A stretch of DNA of 64,000 nt. It comes from an uncultured Gammaproteobacteria bacterium. Lineage in GTDB: Bacteria > Patescibacteriota > Microgenomatia > UBA12405 > JAHJSD01. Positions within the stretch are counted from its first letter, which is position 1; each line of letters begins with the position of its first letter. Shown here one piece after another: positions 57,110-64,000 of the stretch. The stretch lies in the NCBI GenBank assembly GCA_964428655.1, contig CAYRYE010000002.1, positions 103,472-167,471 on the forward strand, written 5' to 3'. The notes under the pieces were generated by a model, which was not told where the DNA came from, did no database searches, and worked only from the letters and a program-made list of their open reading frames with translations. The translations under genes were made by a program, and so were the position numbers.

Positions 57110-58891
57110 TTAAACATTTAGAGATCGCTTATCAATATTATTTTTTATTAATCCCAAAAACTCAGCTAATTTCTGTTCTTTCTGTTTTTTCTGGCCCCTT
57201 TTACGAACATTGACTGATTTGTTTTTTTCCTCTTTATCGCCAAGGACTAAAATATAGGGAACTTTTTGAAGTTCTGCTTGACGAATACGGTAAGAAAGGG
57301 TCTGGCTGGAATCGTCAAGCTCAACACGAATATCTTCTTTTTTAAGAGTTTCGGCCACTTTTTGACCATAATCAACATGTTTTTCAGTAATGGGCAAAAC
57401 TACCACTTGCACTGGTACCAACCAAACCGGAAAAGCGCCAGCAAAATGTTCAGTTAAAAAGGAAATAAATCTGATGTGAGATCCCAATGGAGCCCGGTGA
57501 ATACAAACTGGTATTTTCTTTTTGCCATCTTCGCCAACATATTCTAAACCAAGGGCTTTGGGAATAAAAAAATCAAGTTGGTTAGTTGAGGCAGAGAAAA
57601 CTTTTCCAGTCACCGTCCTGATATTAAAGTCTATTTTAGGTCCATAGAAAGCGGCTCCGCCTTCCTCAATTTCATAAGCAATTCCTGATTTTTTAATATA
57701 TTCCAGAGTGATTTTTTCGGCTTTATCCCACATTTTGTCGTCGCCAAGATACTTGTCTTTATTTTCCTTGTCTCTAATGGCAAAAGAAAGAAAATAATCT
57801 TTTTCGATTAAACCCAAAACATCGTAATAATACTTATGCAGTTCCATCACTTTTTGGAATTCTTCCTCAGCCTGTTCTTCAGTGCAAAAAATATGGGCGT
57901 CATTTTGATGAATTGGCCCTCGGGCCCGCATTATGCCATGAAGTTCACCAGCCTTTTCATAACGATAAACTGCCCCATATTCAGCAATCCTCAAGGGTAA
58001 ATCGCGATAACTTCTTGGCTGACTTTTAAAAACTAAATGATGAGCAGCACAATTCATTGGTTTTAAGTAGTAGTTTCCTTTTTCTTTATCTCTCAAGGCT
58101 GGATACATTGACTCCAAATAATGGGGAACATGACCAGTTTTCTTAAATAACTCCTCGGTGGCAATATGGGGAGTAAAAACTCGAACATAACCCCACTTCC
58201 TCTCAGTTTTTTTGGCCCACTTTTCCAGTTCTTCAGCAATAATCGCCCCGTTGGGTAAAAGAGTCACCAAACCTTGACCAAGTTCATCAGATAGCTGATA
58301 AAGTTTAAGACTTTTGTTTAGCTCGCGATGGTCACGTTTTTTGGCTTCTTCAATTTGTTTTAAATAATCATCTAGCTCTTTTTGGGTTGGAAAGGCAGTA
58401 CCGTAAATGCGGGTGAGCATTTTGTTTTTTTCATCGCCTCGCCAATAAGCGCCGGCAACAGATAAGAGTTTGAAAGCGCCAATTTTACCTGTACTCTTTA
58501 TATGAGGACCAGCACAGAGATCAACAAATCCTTCGCCTGTGTAATAAAGCATTGCCTTTTCGCCTTTTTCCTCAATTTCATCCAACCATTCCTGCTTGTA
58601 AGGATTGCCTTTAAAAAGTTTTTTTGCCTCTTTAACGGCAATTTCTTTCTTAACTAAGGAAAGATTTTTCTTAATAATCTTTCTCATCTCTTTTTCAATC
58701 TTGGAAAAGTCACTCTCTGAAATTTTCAAACCACCCCTAATATTAAAGTCAAAATAAAAACCTTCATCTATTGCCGGCCCCATAGCTTTAATTATTTTGC
58801 CCGGCCAAAGATTGTCCATTGCCTGCATCAACACATGCTCGGCTGTATGCCTCATTACTTTCAGGGTGTTATTCGGATTTTGTTTCTTCAT
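57110..58891 (-). CDS. thrS: threonyl-tRNA synthetase lacking N-terminal TGS domain
   Basis: 593 aa; MRHTAEHVLMQAM (HxxxH of second additional domain), class II core motifs, C-terminal anticodon-binding domain. Confidence 0.9.
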   Translation of the reverse strand: MKKQNPNNTLKVMRHTAEHVLMQAMDNLWPGKIIKAMGPAIDEGFYFDFNIRGGLKISESDFSKIEKEMRKIIKKNLSLVKKEIAVKEAKKLFKGNPYKQEWLDEIEEKGEKAMLYYTGEGFVDLCAGPHIKSTGKIGAFKLLSVAGAYWRGDEKNKMLTRIYGTAFPTQKELDDYLKQIEEAKKRDHRELNKSLKLYQLSDELGQGLVTLLPNGAIIAEELEKWAKKTERKWGYVRVFTPHIATEELFKKTGHVPHYLESMYPALRDKEKGNYYLKPMNCAAHHLVFKSQPRSYRDLPLRIAEYGAVYRYEKAGELHGIMRARGPIHQNDAHIFCTEEQAEEEFQKVMELHKYYYDVLGLIEKDYFLSFAIRDKENKDKYLGDDKMWDKAEKITLEYIKKSGIAYEIEEGGAAFYGPKIDFNIRTVTGKVFSASTNQLDFFIPKALGLEYVGEDGKKKIPVCIHRAPLGSHIRFISFLTEHFAGAFPVWLVPVQVVVLPITEKHVDYGQKVAETLKKEDIRVELDDSSQTLSYRIRQAELQKVPYILVLGDKEEKNKSVNVRKRGQKKQKEQKLAEFLGLIKNNIDKRSLNV

Positions 58892-59310
58892 TTTCTGCTA
58901 TTAATATACAATTTAAGCAAATAAAAAACCAGCCTTCGCGGCTGGTTTGGTTCTTTTCCAAATTACTCCGCTACAAACCAGCCTCTTATAAGGCAGTAGC
59001 TGTAGTGGTAGCAATCAAAGAAATTTTCATTTTATTAGAGATAGTATATCACAACTTATCTTTTCCGAAATCAGCGGCTCCCCACTGCCTCTCTTACCAA
59101 TCCTGGCCGACAACCATGCGGACAATCTCCACTATGAACACAACAAAGAGCAGGTCTTTCTGTTCTTCCCCATTTTCCTCGACAGCCAACCCGAGTGCCT
59201 CCCCCGGTAGTTGTTGGAATAGCCCGACCACAACGAGTAACTTGTTTTACTCGTTCTGTTGTAACTTGCGACATATTTTCACTTATAACAAATTTATAAA
59301 AAATCGTCAA
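58892..59310 (-). promoter_or_regulatory. putative about 380-nt GC-rich structured 5' leader of thrS with its own promoter (TTGACG-17-TATAAG at 59282-59310); overlaps ORF 59071-59310
   Basis: Promoter hexamers and spacing read on minus strand; leader ends in terminator/antiterminator; the 67-79 aa Cys-rich ORF inside may be spurious or a leader peptide. Confidence 0.4.
58921..58984 (-). terminator. intrinsic terminator hairpin (ccagcc-gcgaa-ggctgg + U6) with mutually exclusive upstream pairing (ggctggtttg / caaaccagcc), 30 nt upstream of thrS ATG
   Basis: Minus-strand sequence ggctggtttgtagcggagtaatttggaaaagaaccaaaccagccgcgaaggctggtttttt read directly; segment caaaccagcc can pair with either neighbour. 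Confidence 0.55.
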
Positions 59311-59379
59311 TTAATAAAAAATGTTTTCTAAATCAAGAACAAGTTTGATTTTGTTAATCGCGGCGTCAACGCAAAAAAA

Positions 59380-59688
59380 TCTATAGTGTATAATATGTAC
59401 ATATATTGAAAATGTCAAAAAAACCTATTGCTCTAATTGCTCCTACGGGTAGACACTGTGAGGGATGTCGAACTCCAGCTGGAAGCATTTGCCCTGTAAA
59501 CCCCAGAACATCTTTAAAACCCACAAAAGAACAGCCTCGCGGAGAGGCATTATCTCCAAACTTATGTGTGAACACTAGTAGAGGTCTCTCTAAAAAGCAA
59601 CTCCGTGTAACTAGACGTTGGATAGGTCGAACAGCAAGGACTTGTTAGATACCGGGCTAGGTGTTAAAATCAAATCAAATATAATTAA
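59380..59688 (+). ncRNA. candidate GC-rich structured RNA (or 80-aa Cys-rich ORF 59406-59648) downstream of a TATAAT promoter and co-oriented with tRNA-Cys/tRNA-Lys
   Basis: TATAAT at 59388-59393; GC-rich in an AT-rich genome; several local hairpins (ggagaggcattatctcc, ccagctgg); no match to RNase P, tmRNA or SRP consensus that I could confirm by eye. Confidence 0.25.
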
Positions 59689-59761
59689 GGTCCGGTGGTG
59701 AAGTGGCTAACACGGCGGTCTGCAAAACCGCTATTCATGGGTTCGAGTCCCATCCGGACCT
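59689..59761 (+). tRNA. tRNA-Cys (anticodon GCA), no CCA
   Basis: GGTCCGG-TG-GTG-AAGTGGCTAA-CAC-G-GCGGT-CTGCAAA-ACCGC-TATTC-ATGGG-TTCGAGT-CCCAT-CCGGACC-T. Confidence 0.75.
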
Positions 59762-59768
59762 CTTTTTT

Positions 59769-59841
59769 GCGCCCGTAGCTCAGCTGGCAGAGCACCGGCC
59801 TTTTAAGCCGTGGGTCGGGGGTTCGAATCCCTCCGGGCGCA
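59769..59841 (+). tRNA. tRNA-Lys (anticodon TTT), no CCA
   Basis: GCGCCCG-TA-GCTC-AGCTGGCA-GAGC-A-CCGGC-CTTTTAA-GCCGT-GGGTC-GGGGG-TTCGAAT-CCCTC-CGGGCGC-A. Confidence 0.75.
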
Positions 59842-60228
59842 CAGTTTAACTATCATCTTCTGGTCACGTCTCGAGGGATCTGAAGGGGCACTAAGAATCG
59901 CAAAAGCCTGCTCTTCTGTTATATCCCCATGAATACTATATCTCCCGTCCACCTCCAACCAGGCACCCTCTGGGCCTACCAAAACCGCAAGACTTAACGC
60001 AATTGATTGAGGGCAAACTACTCTAGTTCTAGCCACACCCCCGGCATGTTTAAGTTCGTGCTTCACTACTTTTTTAACAAAAGGTTTTCCTCCTCGAACT
60101 CCATTCTTTTCTAAGAAAAACAGCGCTTGACGCCCAACTCTCCTAATTGCCCCAAAAGTATTAGCCCTTCCCTCGACTGGACCAGAAGCAAAATAACCAG
60201 CACAATACAACTCCCTTTCTTTAGCCAT
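59803..60228 (-). CDS. small HExxH-motif protein (putative metallopeptidase-like), 3' end antisense-overlaps tRNA-Lys
   Basis: 141 aa; VVKHELKHAGG; last about 13 codons are simply the reverse complement of the tRNA, so the true C-terminus is uncertain. Confidence 0.35.
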   Translation of the reverse strand: MAKERELYCAGYFASGPVEGRANTFGAIRRVGRQALFFLEKNGVRGGKPFVKKVVKHELKHAGGVARTRVVCPQSIALSLAVLVGPEGAWLEVDGRYSIHGDITEEQAFAILSAPSDPSRRDQKMIVKLCARRDSNPRPTA

Positions 60229-60423
60229 ATTTCTTTATTTTAAACTATTCCTTTCTTTGGCGCTATCTTTTCCTAACTTTTATATTCCTTCATTTTTTGC
60301 CCAAACAGAGCCAGTATTTTTTGGCGAACATCACTAGGATGGAAAGCAATAAAATAGGGTGTAATTACTTCTCTTGTCCTTCGTTTTTTCATCCACCAAA
60401 ATTGGAACCGATAGAAAATTTTC

Positions 60424-61086
60424 TCAATCAAATTCTGCATTTGGTAAAAAATCTTTAACCCATAAATTAGCTCTTATAAATTTTTGATAAATATTGCCTC
60501 TCTGCCATAAAAGCTTTAGTTGATAAATTTCGTAGGCAAGGAATAAATCCTTGTCTTTTACAAAAACATCGAGATGATCTTCATCTAAAAACATATTCAA
60601 ACAAATCTTGTTCTGAGATTTTTTTTCACCTGGTTTACGTCGGACACCGAGAATAGATAGCAAAAGAGTGGTAAAAAATCGAGTCGTCCAAAGCCAGCCA
60701 GAAGAAGAAATGATAAATAAATCAATGTCGTCAATTCTTTCAGCATTCTTCGCGGCCACACTCCCGGTTAGGCCGACAAATTTAATGGTAGGAATAACTT
60801 TTAAAATTTTGGCAATTTTTTTGGCTATTTTGAATTTTCTTATTGCTTCAACTCCTCGCTTTTTACGAATTCGAACAATTTTTGTCCGCCCGAGTAAAAA
60901 ATAGAGACCACTATCCTTTTCTATTCTTTTCTCTTTTTCTATTCTTTCCAAGGCAATATCAAAATCCTCTTTTCTCAGTCGCTTGGGGCCTCGCTTCCAA
61001 ATCAACCTCTGCCAAATTTCGTCTCTTGTTAAAGGAAAATCAAAAAGATCAGCATAAATAAAAGTCTTTAAAATAGCCTGCTTCAC
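60424..61086 (-). CDS. predicted nucleotidyltransferase (pol-beta superfamily fold)
   Basis: 220 aa; LTGSVAAKNAERIDDIDLFIIS matches G[SG]x9-13 D.D motif. Confidence 0.5.
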   Translation of the reverse strand: MKQAILKTFIYADLFDFPLTRDEIWQRLIWKRGPKRLRKEDFDIALERIEKEKRIEKDSGLYFLLGRTKIVRIRKKRGVEAIRKFKIAKKIAKILKVIPTIKFVGLTGSVAAKNAERIDDIDLFIISSSGWLWTTRFFTTLLLSILGVRRKPGEKKSQNKICLNMFLDEDHLDVFVKDKDLFLAYEIYQLKLLWQRGNIYQKFIRANLWVKDFLPNAEFD

Positions 61087-61117
61087 AGATTAATGATAAC
61101 ATGGAATAATAAGTCTT

Positions 61118-61849
61118 ATGACTAAAAAGGTTAGTTGTGTCATTCCTGTTTTTAACGAGGAAAGAACCGTGGCCGGCGTAATTGAAGTCTGCCTCAAAAC
61201 TCCAGAAATCAATGAAATAATCATTGTCAATGATGGCTCTGAAGACAACACAAAAGAAGAAATAGAAAAATTTTTGACTAAAGTCCAAATAATCAATCTC
61301 TCTAAAAACAAAGGCAAGGGTTATGCCGTTGCCCAAGGCGTAGCATCAACCAAATTCAAAACTCTACTTTTCTTAGATGCTGATTTGATCAATATAAAAC
61401 CATATCATCTCTCTTCCTTAATGCGCCCCGTACTCAACAATGAAGTTGATATGACCATTGCCGACTTAAATGCAGGCTTCAGAAAACCTTATTCTATCAT
61501 CTGGCCTTTCAGTGGGCAAAGATGTATATCTAAAAAACTGGTTGCTCCCCTTTTGGACAAAATAAGCAAGGCTGGATACGGAATGGAAATCATTCTCAAT
61601 GAGAAACTTAAAAACAAACGAGTAATAGTTATTCCTATTATTACCAGTAAAAATCTTCACCTCAGAAAACCCAAGAAACAAAAAGACTGGCTAGCTTTTT
61701 ATATTAAAGAAAGTTGGGATGTCTTCCAGAGTATGGTGAAACTAAAAAGCCGTTATTACCGTCAAAAGGCAAAAGAAAACTTTTTAGACGAACTCTCTGG
61801 CTATTTAAAAATCAACATCAAAAAAATAAAAGAGTATTTAGAAGAATGA
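61118..61849 (+). CDS. family 2 glycosyltransferase (dolichyl/polyprenyl-phosphate sugar transferase-like)
   Basis: 243 aa; VSCVIPVFNEE, IIVNDGSEDNT, DAD motif FLDADL. Confidence 0.8.
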   Translation: MTKKVSCVIPVFNEERTVAGVIEVCLKTPEINEIIIVNDGSEDNTKEEIEKFLTKVQIINLSKNKGKGYAVAQGVASTKFKTLLFLDADLINIKPYHLSSLMRPVLNNEVDMTIADLNAGFRKPYSIIWPFSGQRCISKKLVAPLLDKISKAGYGMEIILNEKLKNKRVIVIPIITSKNLHLRKPKKQKDWLAFYIKESWDVFQSMVKLKSRYYRQKAKENFLDELSGYLKINIKKIKEYLEE

Positions 61850-61850
61850 T

Positions 61851-62486
61851 TTAGGAAGCCATCTCTCTTCTGTTTTCCCAGGCCTGTTTTAAAGTCCAAG
61901 CGTCGGCGTAGTCAAGATCAGCGCCAGTGGGCAATCCCTGTCCAATACGAGTAATCTTAATTTTGGGCTTTGAGTTTTGAGTTTTGAGCTCCCGCAACTT
62001 GCGGGTTATATACATTGCTGTTGCTTCACCTTCCATGGTAGGATTAGTGGCCAAGATTATTTCTTTGATTTCGCTCTTTTTTACCCGATCAAACAATTCC
62101 CTAATGCGCAACTCTTCCGGGCCAATGTGTTCCAAGGGATTAATCACCCCACCCAAAACATGGTAAACGCTATTAAAATCACCCATTTTCTCGAAAGCCA
62201 CAATATCTAAGGGGTGCTCAACAACACAAATTATTGATTGATCACGCTGAGAATCACCACAAATTGAACACGGGTCAGTCTCATCAAGATTAAAACAAAT
62301 TGAGCACTGTTTAGTTTTCCGTTTTAAATCCAACAAAGCTTGAGCAAATTTTTCAATATAATGATTGGGCGTTTGCCACAAATAAAAAGTCAGCCGCGCC
62401 GCCGTCTTTGGCCCAATTCCCGGTAATTGTTCGAAAGTGGTGATTAGATTTTGTAATGATGAAGGTAATTTCATTTCCTCAGCCAC
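61851..62486 (-). CDS. recR: recombination protein RecR
   Basis: 211 aa; HhH LPGIGPKTAARL, C4 zinc finger CSICFNLDETDPCSICGD, Toprim domain; 7-nt tandem repeat (61968-61988) adds a short segment near the C-terminus. Confidence 0.85.
   Translation of the reverse strand: MAEEMKLPSSLQNLITTFEQLPGIGPKTAARLTFYLWQTPNHYIEKFAQALLDLKRKTKQCSICFNLDETDPCSICGDSQRDQSIICVVEHPLDIVAFEKMGDFNSVYHVLGGVINPLEHIGPEELRIRELFDRVKKSEIKEIILATNPTMEGEATAMYITRKLRELKTQNSKPKIKITRIGQGLPTGADLDYADAWTLKQAWENRREMAS
61968..61988. repeat. tandem repeat ttttgag x3 inside recR
   Basis: ctttgagttttgagttttgag read directly. Confidence 0.8.
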
Positions 62487-63424
62487 TCTCTTGCTTCAAT
62501 TGCCGCCTTACAACCCATACCAGCGGCAGTAATTGCCTGCTTATATTTCCAATCAACACAATCGCCGGCCGCAAAGACACCGTCAACTGAAGTGAAAACT
62601 TCATTATGGACTTTAACATATCCTTTCTCGTCAAGATCTAAAAACCCCTGCCTTGCCGGCAGGCGGGCCTTCAAAAAATCCGTATTAGGTTTGTGGCCAA
62701 TAGCTATAAAGCAACCATCCACCGCTAGCCGCCATTTACCCTTGCCAATCGTTTCCAATTCAAGAGTTTTTAATTTATTCTCTCCTAAAAACTTTTTAAC
62801 TTGGGTGTTAACCAAGGGCTTGATCTTCTTACTGGCTAAAACTCTATCCCGGATTATTTTTTCAGCTCGATATTTTTCCCGACGATGAATCAAATATATT
62901 TTTTTGGCAAAGCGGGTCAAAAATTCAGCCTCAGTAAAAGCAGTGTCGCCGCCGCCAACCACTGCTGCTACTTTGTCTTTAAAAAACGGCGCGTCACAAG
63001 TGGCGCAAACAGAAATACCTTTACCGCGCAATCTGCCTACTCCAGGAACATTCAACCACTTGGCTGAAGCGCCAGTGGCGACGATAACCACTTTAGCAAA
63101 ATATTCTTTATTGCTCTGGGTTTTGACAACGAAGCGCTTAAGGTTTCTAATCGAAACTGCCTCACCAGCTACCACCTCGGTGCCAAACTTCTCCACTTGT
63201 TTTTGCATTCGACTCATCAGCTCTGGCCCAGCAACACTCTCAAAACCAGGATAATTCTCAATATTGGTAGTTAATACTAACTGCCCTCCGGGTTGGTTAC
63301 CAGTCAAAACTAAAACTTTAAAACCACCTCGGGAAAGATAAATCGCGGCTGTTAAGCCAGCCGGCCCGGAACCGATAATAACTGCGTCATATTTGTTCAT
63401 TTGATCATCAGCAACTCCTGGCAC
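62471..63424 (-). CDS. trxB: thioredoxin-disulfide reductase
   Basis: 317 aa; FAD GxGxxG YDAVIIGSGPAGLTAA, redox-active CATCD, NADPH site GGGDTA. Confidence 0.85.
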   Translation of the reverse strand: MPGVADDQMNKYDAVIIGSGPAGLTAAIYLSRGGFKVLVLTGNQPGGQLVLTTNIENYPGFESVAGPELMSRMQKQVEKFGTEVVAGEAVSIRNLKRFVVKTQSNKEYFAKVVIVATGASAKWLNVPGVGRLRGKGISVCATCDAPFFKDKVAAVVGGGDTAFTEAEFLTRFAKKIYLIHRREKYRAEKIIRDRVLASKKIKPLVNTQVKKFLGENKLKTLELETIGKGKWRLAVDGCFIAIGHKPNTDFLKARLPARQGFLDLDEKGYVKVHNEVFTSVDGVFAAGDCVDWKYKQAITAAGMGCKAAIEAREWLRK

Positions 63425-63750
63425 TCTAAACTTTTAAAAATTTCTTTCAGGGCTATTTCGTTAGTTCGATCTTTACCCTTCAATTCTATCACTTCACAAC
63501 CACATTTAATTTTGCCGTCTTTCAATTTTATTAAAATATCAGCCTCGTCAATAAAAGGGCAAGAAATTGGTTGATTGCCAACAATAACCTGGGCCTGGCT
63601 CTCGCCGGTACGAATACCTGCTTGGTATTCAGCCAGAAAACTGACAAATTTTCTTGAATCCCGACGCAAAATTTCCTCGGCAATTTTCTTGCCCAACCAG
63701 AGCACTCCTTGGCCAGCAAAACCAGTAATAATAATTTTTATATTCTTCAT
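63397..63750 (-). CDS. 2-oxoacid:ferredoxin oxidoreductase gamma-subunit-like protein (short)
   Basis: 117 aa; IIITGFAGQGVLWLGKKIA resembles PorG/KorC GxGGQG N-terminus. Confidence 0.45.
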   Translation of the reverse strand: MKNIKIIITGFAGQGVLWLGKKIAEEILRRDSRKFVSFLAEYQAGIRTGESQAQVIVGNQPISCPFIDEADILIKLKDGKIKCGCEVIELKGKDRTNEIALKEIFKSLECQELLMIK

Positions 63751-64000
63751 CTTATCTTAAATCCACTCAAAAACTGCCTAATTTCCTTTTCTTGGCTTTT
63801 GGCTTTTTTAAATCTTGGGTCATTAACTCGGCAAAAACTAATCACTTCAACAAAAGCAAAGCCCGGATGTTGGTAAGCCGCTTCTATTATTTTGGCAAAA
63901 TGAGACAGGTTGTAAACAATGGTCCGGCTAAAAAAAACCTTAGGAAAAGAAGTAAAAAGTTTTTTTGGCTCCAACGGCGAATAGGAAGAGCCGGCAGGAT
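63747..64000 (-). CDS. C-terminal part of a larger protein (likely 2-oxoacid:ferredoxin oxidoreductase TPP-binding beta subunit); ORF runs off the window edge
   Basis: Frame stays open to position 64000; HPGFAFVEVISFC-type C-terminus; translationally coupled to downstream gamma-like ORF. Confidence 0.35.
   Translation of the reverse strand, partial: PAGSSYSPLEPKKLFTSFPKVFFSRTIVYNLSHFAKIIEAAYQHPGFAFVEVISFCRVNDPRFKKAKSQEKEIRQFLSGFKIR

Noticed and set aside
58892-59310. Canonical T-box riboswitch call for the thrS leader
   Set aside because: Could not find the T-box consensus (AAUUAGGGUGGNACCGCG) or a 7-nt UGGN bulge in the antiterminator; kept as a generic attenuator/leader candidate instead.
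59071-59310. Cys-rich 79-aa ORF as a ribosomal protein or RiPP precursor
   Set aside because: No match to L31/L33/L36/S14 patterns or SCIFF-like spacing; it lies wholly inside the GC-rich thrS leader, so coding status is doubtful.

Overview
This 64 kb window is AT-rich (about 40% GC) and tightly packed with genes. The gene content and style look like a Candidate Phyla Radiation (Patescibacteria) bacterium: overlapping gene junctions, TTG/GTG starts, membrane-anchored small proteins, a type IV pilin-like gene, and Mur ligases with truncated N-termini. Recognisable genes include a cell-shape/cell-wall block on the minus strand (mreB-mreC-PBP2-proS) and a tRNA island of seven tRNAs with rpmG embedded (rpmG is a 58-aa ORF absent from the supplied track). 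A class III anaerobic RNR operon carries two tandem nrdD paralogs (one with an ATP-cone, one without) plus DUF1653, glutaredoxin-like, cupin and nrdG genes. Further on lie secE-nusG-rplK-rplA (L1 with a Lys-rich N-terminal extension, followed by a C39-like peptidase rather than rplJL), a peptidoglycan cluster (murE-like, murA, mraY, murD, murC) next to pth, and a MiaB-family methylthiotransferase. The later part holds a deoC / L,D-transpeptidase block, an AmmeMemoRadiSam locus, ileS, murF, thrS, tRNA-Cys/Lys, GT2, recR, trxB, and the start of a 2-oxoacid:ferredoxin oxidoreductase operon. Eleven tRNAs are called in total. The strongest candidates for under-described biology are: (1) the AmmeMemoRadiSam locus, with a duplicated radical SAM component (one membrane-anchored), a membrane-anchored MEMO1-AMMECR1 fusion, an interposed membrane spermidine-synthase-like protein and a downstream J-like/S41 peptidase; (2) GC-rich structured 5' leaders with intrinsic-terminator hairpins immediately upstream of thrS and ileS, suggesting attenuation; (3) GC-rich, ORF-poor stretches with good promoters (1-819, 12839-14037, 59380-59688) that may encode ncRNAs; (4) a 25-nt near-identical hairpin element embedded in pth and the MiaB-like gene in different reading frames; (5) pervasive 7-8 nt tandem repeats inside coding sequences. 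All calls rest on reading the sequence and the ORF translations only; no database searches were run.
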